In this document: positions 9,159 through 18,481 of the stretch, piece by piece
How positions within the stretch are numbered: position 1 is the first letter of the stretch
Layout: the number at the start of each line of letters is the position of its first letter
Assembly: GCA_041645215.1 (NCBI GenBank)
Contig: JBAZQK010000001.1
Location: forward strand, 118,091 to 182,090
Direction: 5' to 3'
DNA: 64,000 nucleotides
DNA from: Patescibacteria group bacterium
Lineage (GTDB): Bacteria; Patescibacteriota; Patescibacteriia; Veblenbacterales; UBA10138
Notes under the pieces: generated by a model
Seen by the model: the letters and a program-made list of their open reading frames with translations, nothing else
What the model was told of the DNA's origin: nothing
Database searches by the model: none
Translations under genes and position numbers: made by a program

Positions 9159-9165
9159 ACATAAA

Positions 9166-10518
9166 ATGAGTGCGCATTCAGCTGTTGTTTATTTCTGCTC
9201 CAACTGCGACGCCCAATACCCCAAATGGGTGGGGCGTTGTACGGAATGCGGGCAGTTTGGCACAGTATCAACCACGCCGCGGGTTATTAGTAAAGTATCC
9301 AAGACTACTGCCTTTTCTACCGTTGCCAGTACTGTTCTGCTGGGCAATACAGCTGATGTACAGTTAGTCAAGCGTTTTAGTTCCGGCTTGATGGAGGTTG
9401 ATAGGGTTTTAGGCGGTGGTTTGGCTAAAGCCAGTGTGGTTTTGCTTAGCGGCGAACCGGGGGTTGGTAAATCAACCTTGGTTTTAGTTTTGGCGGAAAA
9501 ATGCGGCGCTGATGTTCTATATGCTTCGGGCGAAGAATCAGTTGAGCAAGTACAAGGCCGAATAAAGCGTTTAGGTTTAACAGCTGGCCGGCTTCATTTT
9601 ACCACTGCCACTGATATTCGTGCCGTAGTTGAATCAGCCAAGCAACTTAAACCAGCTTTATTGGTAGTTGATTCATTGCAGACTATGCAACTGGAAGATA
9701 TTGACGGCGCGGCTGGTTCACCCACTCAAACCCGCGGCGTTTTAAGTGAGCTAATTGCCCTGGCCAAGAATTTAGGCATGATAGTTTTAGTCATTGGTCA
9801 TGTTACTAAGGAGGGGGTGGCGGCTGGACCCAAAGCCATTGAGCATTTAGTGGATATTGTTTTGACTTTGGATGGAGCCGAACATCAAGCTTTGCGATTT
9901 TTGCGCGCCAGTAAGAATCGGTTTGGCCCGACTGATGAAGTTGGCGTGTTTCAGATGGCGGAAAATGGATTAATTGAAGTTAGTAATCCATCCGCCCTGT
10001 TTTTAGCCGAACGTCACAGCGGGCCCGGCTCTTGCGTCGCCGCCTTATTAGAAGGTTCGCGCAGTTTGTTAATAGAAGTCCAAGCTTTGGTTACCAGAAC
10101 CAGCAACATAAAATATCCCAAGCGCGCGACCACCGGGTTTGACCTGAATCGCTTGCAGATGTTATTGGCGGTCTTGGGCGAACGAACGCCAATAAAACTT
10201 GATTTTAAAGATGTTTATGTTAATTTAGCCGGTGGTTTTAAAAGTCGCGAGCCGTCGCTTGATTTGGCGGTTTGCTTAGCCGTAACTTCCGCCGCGCTTA
10301 AAAAAACCTTACCGCGCGATTTGGTTGTTTGGGGCGAGGTTGGCTTAGGCGGTGAGGTCAGGCCGGTGGTGGCAATGGAACGCCGCTTGGCCGAAGCCGG
10401 CCGATTAGGGTTTAAACAGGCGCTAACGCCAAAATTGCCAGCCAACGCCAAGTTGCCCAAAGACATAGAGCTAGTATTAATAAGAAATTTAACAGAAGCG
10501 GTGGAGTGGGTGAGATAG
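9166..10518 (+). CDS. radA: DNA repair protein RadA/Sms
   Basis: C4 zinc finger, GEPGVGKST, KNRFG, Lon-like C-terminus. Confidence 0.96.
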   Translation: MSAHSAVVYFCSNCDAQYPKWVGRCTECGQFGTVSTTPRVISKVSKTTAFSTVASTVLLGNTADVQLVKRFSSGLMEVDRVLGGGLAKASVVLLSGEPGVGKSTLVLVLAEKCGADVLYASGEESVEQVQGRIKRLGLTAGRLHFTTATDIRAVVESAKQLKPALLVVDSLQTMQLEDIDGAAGSPTQTRGVLSELIALAKNLGMIVLVIGHVTKEGVAAGPKAIEHLVDIVLTLDGAEHQALRFLRASKNRFGPTDEVGVFQMAENGLIEVSNPSALFLAERHSGPGSCVAALLEGSRSLLIEVQALVTRTSNIKYPKRATTGFDLNRLQMLLAVLGERTPIKLDFKDVYVNLAGGFKSREPSLDLAVCLAVTSAALKKTLPRDLVVWGEVGLGGEVRPVVAMERRLAEAGRLGFKQALTPKLPANAKLPKDIELVLIRNLTEAVEWVR

Positions 10519-10667
10519 CAGTTGGCGTATAGCGTAGAGCAAATAGCAGATGGTGTGGGTAGTAAATATACCATGGGTCAAAATTGTCCGGTCACCGCAC
10601 CTACTATTAAAAAAATTTTAATTTTGCCCTCTGCCGTTATGGCGGCATCGGACATTTTTGACATATA

Positions 10668-10798
10668 TAGGACTTACGCGTTTGTCATCCTGAACTTGGT
10701 TCAGGATCTCGGCACCGTTAAGAAAGGCTGAGATTCTGAAATAAATTCAGAATGACGGAATGAAAAAGCCTTATTTAGTATCAAACGCGTGAGTCCTA
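10668..10798. mobile_element. MITE-like element, TAGGACTTACGCG family, with internal REP doublet
   Basis: TIR TAGGACTTACGCGTTTG / CAAACGCGTGAGTCCTA (16/17); GTCAT..ATGAC doublet at 10683-10756. Confidence 0.75.
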
Positions 10799-10903
10799 TT
10801 ATAGATAAATTTGGTAGATTTGATTAAAATAAGTAGTTTGGTAGGTAAAATTGGGTCAGTTAAAAGGAGAAAACCAAGCCTTACGGGGCCTGGTTTTGGT
10901 AGA

Positions 10904-11161
10904 TTATTTGAAATTGATCACTTTTTTAAATTTTTTGTGATCGAAACCTTCTCGCTTGCATACTTGTACAAACAAATTTTTGTTTGTTACAGTAATTTTT
11001 ACATTTTTTTGTTGTACAAGTTCAAGAGTTCTTTTAATTTTACCGACTACTGCTCCTTGTGTTGACAGGTTAGAAGTGTTGATTGAGATTATATGAGGAC
11101 TACTTCCGCCGTTTGGATAAGTAGCAAGTGGTGTCCAGTTTTGTCCATTTGACTTTGCCAT
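10904..11161 (-). CDS. Hypothetical basic protein
   Basis: GGAG before ATG, upstream promoter, hairpin just past the stop. Confidence 0.55.
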   Translation of the reverse strand: MAKSNGQNWTPLATYPNGGSSPHIISINTSNLSTQGAVVGKIKRTLELVQQKNVKITVTNKNLFVQVCKREGFDHKKFKKVINFK

Positions 11162-11395
11162 TTTTACTCCGAATAGTAGAGAATTGTTATTTTTGTTTTT
11201 TTTAGCTGTTTTAATCTGAACTCCCCCGCAGATTTAAAATTGAGTAAACAATGGTTTTAGCTGGTGTTAAGTTTCATTCTTCCTCCGACATTTGTTTTTA
11301 TTAACTTTGGATAGAGCGCTCGAGCACGAATTGATGGAGGATTCACCACCGACACGTGTTAACTCTATCCAAGTTGTTATTTTTTGGTAAATTAC

Positions 11396-11424
11396 TTTAT
11401 ACCACGGATGTTTTATTTTGTCAA
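11396..11424 (-). promoter_or_regulatory. sigma70-type promoter
   Basis: TTGACA-17-TATAAA. Confidence 0.65.
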
Positions 11425-11426
11425 TA

Positions 11427-13487
11427 TTATTCAGGATGAAAATCAATATTTTTTAATTGCTGTTTGATTTGCGGCCATTTGGTAAAATTAGGGTCAGTTT
11501 GAATTGTATATTGAGCCGCGTTTCTAACAGTTACTAAAAGTTCGGCGTTTACTAAATCAGCGTACTTAAGATTAAAATAGCCCGATTGGATATCACCAAG
11601 TAAACTACCCGGTCCGCGTTCGGCCAGGTCATATTCAGCCAGGGCAAAGCCGTTTTGGTATTTAACCATAGCTTGTAAGCGTGATGGTAAATTATTTTTT
11701 TGGTCCGTAAACAATAAACAATAACTTTGTCGGCTTGAACGCCCGACTCGGCCGCGCAGTTGATGCAGTTGGGCAATGCCAAAATGCTCCGCCCCTTCAA
11801 TCGCCATTATGGTGGCCTCCGGTACATCTACCCCAACTTCAACCACCGTGGTTGTTACCAGTATTGGAGTAGTGCCATTTTTAAAATTGTTCATCGCTTC
11901 AGTTTTTTGCTGACTGGACATTTTGCCATGCAACCGGCCAATTTTTATAGATTTAAACACCTCTTGGGCTAACCGGTCAGCTTCAGTCGTGACGGATTTT
12001 TGACCGCCTTCGTCGTCGTCTTCAATTAACGGGCAAATTATAAAAACTCGGTTTTGTTCAGCTATTTCTTGTTTAATTAATTGATAGGCCGCGGTTCTTT
12101 GATTTGGTTCTACGATTTTAGTAGTTATGGGCAGGCGGCCGCTCGGCATTGATTTGATTAAGGAAATATCCAAATCACCGTAGATTGACAGAGCTAACGA
12201 ACGGGGAATAGGCGTGGCCGATAATGATAAAAGATGAGGGTATAGAGCTTGTGGCTGGTTCATTAAATAGCGCCTTTGCTCCACGCCAAAACGGTGTTGC
12301 TCGTCGATTATGACAAATCCCAGCCGAGCCCATTGTATAGTTTTTTGCAATAAACTGTGCGTGCCGACAATAATGTTTATTTTATCTTCAGCCAACAATT
12401 TTTTTATGCTGGCACTGGTAGTTTTTTTATTGTCGTTTGGTCGGTTTAGTAAATGATAGCCGCGTGATAATAAAGCCAACGATATGGGGTAATCTTTAAA
12501 TAAATCAGCCAGGGTATGAAAATGCTGTTTGGCCAGAATTTCCGTGGGCGCTACCAAGGCCACTTGCCAGCCGGCTTTAACGGCGTTTAAGGCCGCAATG
12601 CCCGCCACGATGGTTTTACCAGATCCAACATCACCTTGTAATAACCTAAACATTGGCTTGGCTTGTCCCAGGTCTTTAATAATTTTCCAGGCGGCCTGTT
12701 TTTGGTCAACTGTTAACTGCCAAGGCAGGCCGGCCACAAAATTTTTAGTGTCAGGCGAGTAGTCAATAACCGGTGACTTAAGCTGTCGCAATGATTGGCG
12801 GGCCAACTTGGCCTGCAAGTTGATTAAGTATAGTTCATCAAAAGCCAAGCGGCGACGAGCCTGTAGGATGTCGTTGTGGTTTTTAGGAAAGTGTAATTGA
12901 ATTATAGTTTGGTTTAAATTTATTATTTTAGCTTGGTTTTTTATGGCGGCGGGCAACCAATCATTTATTCCTTTGGCTAAAGGTAATACTTTATTAATTT
13001 GTGTTCTTAACCAGTGGTTGTTTAACAAGCCGTGTAATGAATAATAGGGCACCAGCCGGCCAGTATGTACGCCATAGGTTTTGCTTGGTTCGTAGGTTGG
13101 TTGTTCCAGTTGCAAGCCGTAGTTAGACAGTGATAGTTTGCCCGACAGGAGAATTATATCGCCGGCTTTTAAATTTTTTATCAGATAAGGCTGATTAAAC
13201 CAAATAGCTTTAATACTGCCGGTATCGTCGCTTATTACGGCCTGGGTAATGGTTAAACGGCTTTTAAACGAGCGGCGAGCGCTTATTAGGTTAACGCGGC
13301 CTTTAATGGTAACTTTATCGCCGGCGGTTAGTTGTTTAATAGGAGTGATTTGTGAATAATCCTCATATCTAATGGGTAAGTGCCACAGTAAATCATTGAC
13401 TGTAAAAATTTCCAAGGTAGCCAGTTTTTTGGCCATGGCCGGGCCAATGCCGCTGATATTGGTTATTGGGTTTAATAGCGAAAGCAT
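11427..13487 (-). CDS. recG: ATP-dependent DNA helicase RecG
   Basis: LLQGDVGSGKT, DEQHRFGV, SATPIPRS, QLHQLRGRVGR. Confidence 0.97.
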   Translation of the reverse strand: MLSLLNPITNISGIGPAMAKKLATLEIFTVNDLLWHLPIRYEDYSQITPIKQLTAGDKVTIKGRVNLISARRSFKSRLTITQAVISDDTGSIKAIWFNQPYLIKNLKAGDIILLSGKLSLSNYGLQLEQPTYEPSKTYGVHTGRLVPYYSLHGLLNNHWLRTQINKVLPLAKGINDWLPAAIKNQAKIINLNQTIIQLHFPKNHNDILQARRRLAFDELYLINLQAKLARQSLRQLKSPVIDYSPDTKNFVAGLPWQLTVDQKQAAWKIIKDLGQAKPMFRLLQGDVGSGKTIVAGIAALNAVKAGWQVALVAPTEILAKQHFHTLADLFKDYPISLALLSRGYHLLNRPNDNKKTTSASIKKLLAEDKINIIVGTHSLLQKTIQWARLGFVIIDEQHRFGVEQRRYLMNQPQALYPHLLSLSATPIPRSLALSIYGDLDISLIKSMPSGRLPITTKIVEPNQRTAAYQLIKQEIAEQNRVFIICPLIEDDDEGGQKSVTTEADRLAQEVFKSIKIGRLHGKMSSQQKTEAMNNFKNGTTPILVTTTVVEVGVDVPEATIMAIEGAEHFGIAQLHQLRGRVGRSSRQSYCLLFTDQKNNLPSRLQAMVKYQNGFALAEYDLAERGPGSLLGDIQSGYFNLKYADLVNAELLVTVRNAAQYTIQTDPNFTKWPQIKQQLKNIDFHPE

Positions 13488-13538
13488 AGTTAATATTTTT
13501 AATCAATTTAGAAATTTTAAATTAAATAATTCAATAAA

Positions 13539-13640
13539 CCCGCCTGCCAAAGCCGCTATCTTAAACACACTTGAACTACAAATCAGAGTACCGTAGTTTA
13601 GTGTCAATCCATCTATCATGTAAGGCGAGCGGCGGGCAGG
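13539..13640 (+). repeat. ~100-bp dispersed element, CCCGCCTGCC..GGCGGGCAGG family, copy 1
   Basis: Same termini and length as 35222-35321 and 57367-57466. Confidence 0.7.
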
Positions 13641-13730
13641 AATTTTAAATTAAAAATTAATCATTATAATTACATTATAACCTTGAACCATAAATAAAAA
13701 CACCCCTTGAGGGTGCTTAGCTAATCATTT

Positions 13731-13842
13731 TGCCCCAGTAGGAACCCAGATAGTAGTCCCGCGGGGCAGGACACTACTGGGCAGGTCGAACCTACATTAC
13801 AAGCTCCGCAAGCTCGCGTTCTCTGCCTGCTGGCAGGTATTC
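13731..13842 (-). pseudogene. Partial duplicate of tRNA-Arg carrying two palindromic insertions
   Basis: 13786-13822 identical to 13874-13910; 41-bp insert at 13745-13785; 16-bp insert at 13823-13838. Confidence 0.8.
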
Positions 13843-13858
13843 TTCACCTAACCAAATC

Positions 13859-13930
13859 TGCCCCCGGTAGGAATCGAACCTACATTACAAGCTCCGCAAG
13901 CTCGCGTTCTATCCATTGAACTACGAGGGC
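13859..13930 (-). tRNA. tRNA-Arg(GCG), CCA not encoded
   Basis: Cloverleaf GCCCTCG..CGGGGGC-A; anticodon arm CGAGC-TT-GCG-GA-GCTTG. Confidence 0.92.
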
Positions 13931-14063
13931 CTGAAGGAAATTTAAAAATTAAATATCAAAAATTAAAATGGTTTTGTATTTTTGTTTTTGACTTCTGATT
14001 TAAAATAAGCCCCACTATTGTAGGGTTAGTAAGTAAAAAAATCAAGGGCTGATTATTGCATGA

Positions 14064-14573
14064 TTACTGCAGTTTTAACAAGCGCGCCAACGCCTCCGAG
14101 GTGGGCTCATCCTCGCGCGACAAATCCTCGTTCAGAAATTTTATTAAGTGCTCACGAATGTTCAGCGGATTGGTTTTTTCCAGCGGAATAGTTAAGCGCG
14201 GCTCCAACAAACTTTTTGGTTCCAAGTAGAGGTTGGTTATTTCCGGCGGGTGGTAAGCTATCCAAAATTGGTTTACCTCTTTCCAGTGCCAGAATTTTTT
14301 ACCGACCGCTATTCCCGTTGATGTCAAACGGCAGTCAATTTGTCGGGGGCGGCGTTTGGTTTCATTAATAAACAAAGCCCCGCCCATCAGTAATATAAGG
14401 GCAAACAAAAAGTTTCCGCTAAATAAAGCATAACCGAGCATGGCTAGTGTTACCAGTCCGGCGGTAATCCACCAGCGTTTACTGCGCTCTGGCGCTCTAA
14501 ACTCACGAAATTGCCAACGTAGGATGACATTGCCAATATTAGCTTGCGGGTCAACATTAAGGTTTATAGGCAT
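14064..14573 (-). CDS. Conserved CPR-type membrane protein (two TM plus PH-like domain)
   Basis: WQFREF..ERSKRWW N-terminus, two TM helices, soluble C-terminus. Confidence 0.65.
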   Translation of the reverse strand: MPINLNVDPQANIGNVILRWQFREFRAPERSKRWWITAGLVTLAMLGYALFSGNFLFALILLMGGALFINETKRRPRQIDCRLTSTGIAVGKKFWHWKEVNQFWIAYHPPEITNLYLEPKSLLEPRLTIPLEKTNPLNIREHLIKFLNEDLSREDEPTSEALARLLKLQ

Positions 14574-14661
14574 AGTTAGTTTAAGTATAACTTAGAGTTT
14601 GGATTTTGAGCAATATTTGTCATCTGGTAATTTAACCGGTTATTGTGTTAAGATAACAACC

Positions 14662-15240
14662 ATGATTGATAAAAAATTTTTTAACCAACTAAAAAAGCGT
14701 TACCAAACCTCCGGCCAGGGTCGCCGGCAGCTTTCGGAAATGTCTAATCAGGCCCAATCTTTGAGCAAACAAGCCATTTTTGCCAGCCAACGAGGTGATT
14801 TAAATCAGGCGGCTGCTTTATTGAAACAGGCTGAGCAACAGCTGTTTAATGGGCAAAAATTAGTGCGTCAAATTGAAGATTTGGAAAACCAAGGCAGTTA
14901 TCGGGCGGCCTGGGAAGAATTTGCCGAGGCTAAATTATTTTATAATTATTTAACCACTGGTAATCTGGGCGCGATTATAAAGACCGAGTTACCCGTGGAG
15001 GTATATATTGGCGCGGTTAGTGATTTAGTGGGCGAGATGGTGCGTTATGCCGTTAAGCTGGCTACTGATGGCCAGGGCGTTAAGGTTGGCGCGGTAGTAA
15101 AAGTGGCCACCATCATCACGGCTATTTTAGGCGAGATGAATCTAACTGGCGGCTTGCGCAGTAAGTATGACCAGGCCAGGCATCATTTGCGCCGTTTGGA
15201 AGATATTCAATATGACTTGGCCATTAAACACCGCGCCTAG
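14662..15240 (+). CDS. Translin/Trax-family protein
   Basis: SKQAIF, EEFAEA, YIGAVSDLVGEMVR, LRSKYD motifs. Confidence 0.8.
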   Translation: MIDKKFFNQLKKRYQTSGQGRRQLSEMSNQAQSLSKQAIFASQRGDLNQAAALLKQAEQQLFNGQKLVRQIEDLENQGSYRAAWEEFAEAKLFYNYLTTGNLGAIIKTELPVEVYIGAVSDLVGEMVRYAVKLATDGQGVKVGAVVKVATIITAILGEMNLTGGLRSKYDQARHHLRRLEDIQYDLAIKHRA

Positions 15241-15601
15241 TTTAAGAGGCATTGTTGTTAAAGGTTTAGGCGAAGGCAAGCCGTTAGGTTATCCCACGGC
15301 TAATTTAAAGTTGGCGGCTGACAGTGTACGTCCCGCCCCGGGGATTTATTTAACAACTGTCACTGGCTTGATTGCCCAACCATTGTATGGTTTATTGGTT
15401 TGCGGAGTACATCAGGAAAATGGGAACCAACCGCAAGTGGAAGTATATTTACTTGATTGGCATCAGGATATTTATGGCCGCGCTTTGGAGGTGTCAGTTG
15501 GTCATAAAATTAGAAATTTAGTTTTCACTGATGACGTAGCCGAGCTTAAAAAATTGATTGAGCAAGACATTGCAACCGCGCGGCAATATTTTAAAATGTG
15601 A
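15212..15601 (+). CDS. Stand-alone riboflavin kinase
   Basis: GIVVKG..G..LGYPTANL, PGIY, VEVYLLDW..DIYG; no FAD-synthetase domain; start uncertain. Confidence 0.85.
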   Translation: MTWPLNTAPSLRGIVVKGLGEGKPLGYPTANLKLAADSVRPAPGIYLTTVTGLIAQPLYGLLVCGVHQENGNQPQVEVYLLDWHQDIYGRALEVSVGHKIRNLVFTDDVAELKKLIEQDIATARQYFKM

Positions 15602-15655
15602 GGCACTCACTGACATTGTAGGACAACTACGTGGGGTATTCTACTGTGGCCGTCG

Positions 15656-15747
15656 GGGTTTTCAGACTTTTCGGCTGGTGGAGCGCGCCTGTCCACCTGT
15701 GGTGGAAAACCCCGCACCGATTCGATGTTCATCGGATCTGGTGCGTG
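15656..15747. repeat. Nested GC-rich palindromes
   Basis: CGGGGTTTTC..GAAAACCCCG and GCACC-GATTCGATG-tt-CATCGGATC-TGGTGC. Confidence 0.5.
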
Positions 15748-15793
15748 GGTAGTACGTTATGGTAGGTTTAGTATTTGGTATCTGATCACTGAT

Positions 15794-15822
15794 TTGACAA
15801 ATAGTTACAATAGGACTAATCT
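15794..15822 (+). promoter_or_regulatory. sigma70-type promoter
   Basis: TTGACA-17-TAATCT. Confidence 0.65.
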
Positions 15823-15889
15823 TTAAAAAACTAAAATATATTTAGCAACAATTAAATAACAATACAAAAAACAAATATTAAGGTGAGCT

Positions 15890-16108
15890 ATGTCAATTAG
15901 GAGCGTTTGTCCTTGTGGGTGCATATGCCACGTAACCGGGCATTGTGGAGTTGTTGGACCATGTTGTTACTACGCAGGAAAACTGTGGGAGAATGGCAGA
16001 TTTGTAACCAGTGATATTAGTAGTCCTGTAATGAGGCGTGCACTGAAGTATACTAAAAAGATTTTGTCAAAAAAGCCGCCAAAGAAAAAATCAAAGAATA
16101 AAAAATAG
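15890..16108 (+). CDS. Small Cys/His-rich protein with basic tail
   Basis: CPCGCICH..HC...CC; AAGGTG SD; own promoter. Confidence 0.6.
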   Translation: MSIRSVCPCGCICHVTGHCGVVGPCCYYAGKLWENGRFVTSDISSPVMRRALKYTKKILSKKPPKKKSKNKK

Positions 16109-16246
16109 TTGCCATTGTTGTATCAAAATTGAAGTGCCATTAACATGTGGCACTTATTTATTGTAGTGGAGATAGTCGGTTAGTTATTTTCCCTCATCCT
16201 TCTAAGGGGGCCAAAAAGAACCTCACTTAGATGTTGTGGCTTTAAT

Positions 16247-17077
16247 TCAGGTAGAATTTTGATTGGTTGCCAAGCGATAAACATTCCAAAGCAGCATAGC
16301 TACCGTCATAGGCCCCACGCCACCCGGCACGGGCGTTAAATAGACTGACCGATTTATAAAATCGGCAGCTTTAATGTCGCCCTTAAGTTGATTGTTTACT
16401 TTGGTGGTGCCAACATCTATTAGGATGGTGCCGTCTTTTACCATTTGACCAGTGATTATTTCCGGTTGCCCCAGGGCCACAATAATAATGTCAGCCTTAA
16501 GTAATTCAGCCGCTTCCGGCTGGAGACTGGTTTTTACCACTAATCCAAGTTGTCCGAGTAGCCAGCTTAAGGGCTGGGAGAATTCTTCACTATTAGCTAA
16601 AATTAAGACAGCTTTGTTTTTTAATTCCAAACCGGTTAGATTTATTAGTTTAATAATACCTTCACTAAGACCGGGAATAATTGATGGTTGTCCGCTGGTC
16701 AATTTTTTTAAGTTTAGCGGGTGAAAACCATCAGCATCTTTATTAGGGTCAATAGAGTTAATAACTGTTTGTTCGGGTAAAGGGGCGGGTAAGGGCAATT
16801 GCACTAAAATGCCGTGGATATTGGCGTTTTCATTAAAAGTTTTAACAGCTCCAGTAATTTGGGAGAGTGTGGCGGTGGCTGGTAAGATGATTTTATTAAC
16901 ACTGATGCCAACTTCAGCCGCGGCTTTTTCTTTTAGGCTGACATATAAATGTGAAGCTGGGTCATCGCCAACTAAAATTACCCCTAGACATGGGGTAAAA
17001 TCTAGAGCTGATATTTTTAGTTTAAGTTCTTGCAAAAGCTGTTCGGCAAGAGCGCGTCCGTTTAACAGAGTGGCCAT
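16247..17077 (-). CDS. folD: Methylenetetrahydrofolate dehydrogenase/cyclohydrolase
   Basis: GILVQLPLP, KDADG, TPVPGGVGPMTVAML. Confidence 0.96.
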   Translation of the reverse strand: MATLLNGRALAEQLLQELKLKISALDFTPCLGVILVGDDPASHLYVSLKEKAAAEVGISVNKIILPATATLSQITGAVKTFNENANIHGILVQLPLPAPLPEQTVINSIDPNKDADGFHPLNLKKLTSGQPSIIPGLSEGIIKLINLTGLELKNKAVLILANSEEFSQPLSWLLGQLGLVVKTSLQPEAAELLKADIIIVALGQPEIITGQMVKDGTILIDVGTTKVNNQLKGDIKAADFINRSVYLTPVPGGVGPMTVAMLLWNVYRLATNQNST

Positions 17078-18370
17078 TTAGTTTAATTCAGGATATAAAG
17101 GATATTGCTTAGTTAAATTTTTAACTCGCTGTTTGGCCTTTTCTAAAATTGATTCATCAACCGGTGATTTTAGAACCGAACTTATAATTTGGCCAATTTC
17201 CATCATGACTTCTTCCTTCATACCGCGGGTGGTTAAAGCCGGCGTGCCCAAGCGAATACCGGAAGGGTCCAGCGGCGAGCGGCTGTCATAAGGAATAAGA
17301 TTTTTATTTACCGTGATGCCGACGGTATCAAGAACCGTTTCGGCGGCCTGGCCGGTTAAGTTGAAGTTGCTGACGTCCATAAGTATTAAATGGTTGTCAG
17401 TGCCGCCGGTTATTAAGTTGGCGCCGGACGCAGTTAAAGTTTTGGCCAACGCTTTACTGTTCTTAACAATTTGACTGGCATAATTTTTAAAGTCCGGCTG
17501 ACTAGCCTCTTTTATCGCTACCGCAATAGCGGCGGTTTGGTGGTTATGGGGGCCGCCTTGCAACCCGGGAATAATGGCGGCGTCAATTAATTCCGCCAGG
17601 TTCCGTTTGCTGGTCGCGTGATAAAGGTCGTGCCAGCGGTCGGCAACATTCGGCGTCATTATAATTGCCCCGCGCGGTCCGCGTAAGGTTTTATGAGTGG
17701 TAGTCATCACGATATCGGCATAGGGAACGGGCGATTGGTGTTGGCCGCCAATAACTAATCCGGCAATATGTGATATATCAGCTAACAAATAAGCCTTTAC
17801 TTCATCGGCGATGACGCGGAAGCGGGAAAAATCAATTTGCCGCGGGTAGGCGGTAGCTCCGCAAATAATAAGTTTAGGTTTGGTGGCGCGGGCAATTTTA
17901 CTGATTTCCTCATAATTCAGTAAATGAGAAGATTTATCAACACCATAACCAAAAGCTTTATAGAATCGGCCCGAGAAGTTTAGTTTATAGCCATGGGTTA
18001 AGTGGCCGCCTTGAGATAATTCCAGTCCCAGTATATTATCGCCTGGTTTAAGAAGGGCAAACATTACCGCTTGGTTGGCGGGTGATCCGGAATAAGACTG
18101 CACATTGGCGTGGGCGACGCCAAATAATTTTTTAACTCGCGCGCGGGCAATTTCTTCAATTTGGTCAATATATTTATTACCGCCATAATAGCGTTTGCCC
18201 GGATAACCTTCGGAATATTTATTGGTCAGGATGGTGCCGCTGGCGGCCATAACCGCCAGTGACGTAAAATTTTCCGAGGGTATCATTTCCAGGCCGTGGC
18301 GTTGGCGGTCAAGTTCCTGATTGATTAGTTTGGATATTTCAGGGTCAGTGTTTGGTAGCCAATTACGCAT
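17078..18370 (-). CDS. glyA: Serine hydroxymethyltransferase
   Basis: SENF, KYSEGYPGKRYYGG, TTTHKTLRGPRG. Confidence 0.98.
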   Translation of the reverse strand: MRNWLPNTDPEISKLINQELDRQRHGLEMIPSENFTSLAVMAASGTILTNKYSEGYPGKRYYGGNKYIDQIEEIARARVKKLFGVAHANVQSYSGSPANQAVMFALLKPGDNILGLELSQGGHLTHGYKLNFSGRFYKAFGYGVDKSSHLLNYEEISKIARATKPKLIICGATAYPRQIDFSRFRVIADEVKAYLLADISHIAGLVIGGQHQSPVPYADIVMTTTHKTLRGPRGAIIMTPNVADRWHDLYHATSKRNLAELIDAAIIPGLQGGPHNHQTAAIAVAIKEASQPDFKNYASQIVKNSKALAKTLTASGANLITGGTDNHLILMDVSNFNLTGQAAETVLDTVGITVNKNLIPYDSRSPLDPSGIRLGTPALTTRGMKEEVMMEIGQIISSVLKSPVDESILEKAKQRVKNLTKQYPLYPELN

Positions 18371-18481
18371 ATAATTATGGTACCTCCTCCGCGGCCAATT
18401 TGTCTACGTTTAGTTGTTTAGTTGGCCTGGTTTAGCTTGTTAAGCCGATTATAAAGCCTTATACTGATAAAGTAATAATTT

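Noticed and set aside
10522-11065. ORFs 10522..10731 and 10811..11065
   Set aside because: The first runs through heptamer and MITE repeats; the second is antisense to a better-supported gene
13539-13640. 6S RNA
   Set aside because: Rod-like, but only ~100 nt and part of a three-copy dispersed repeat family
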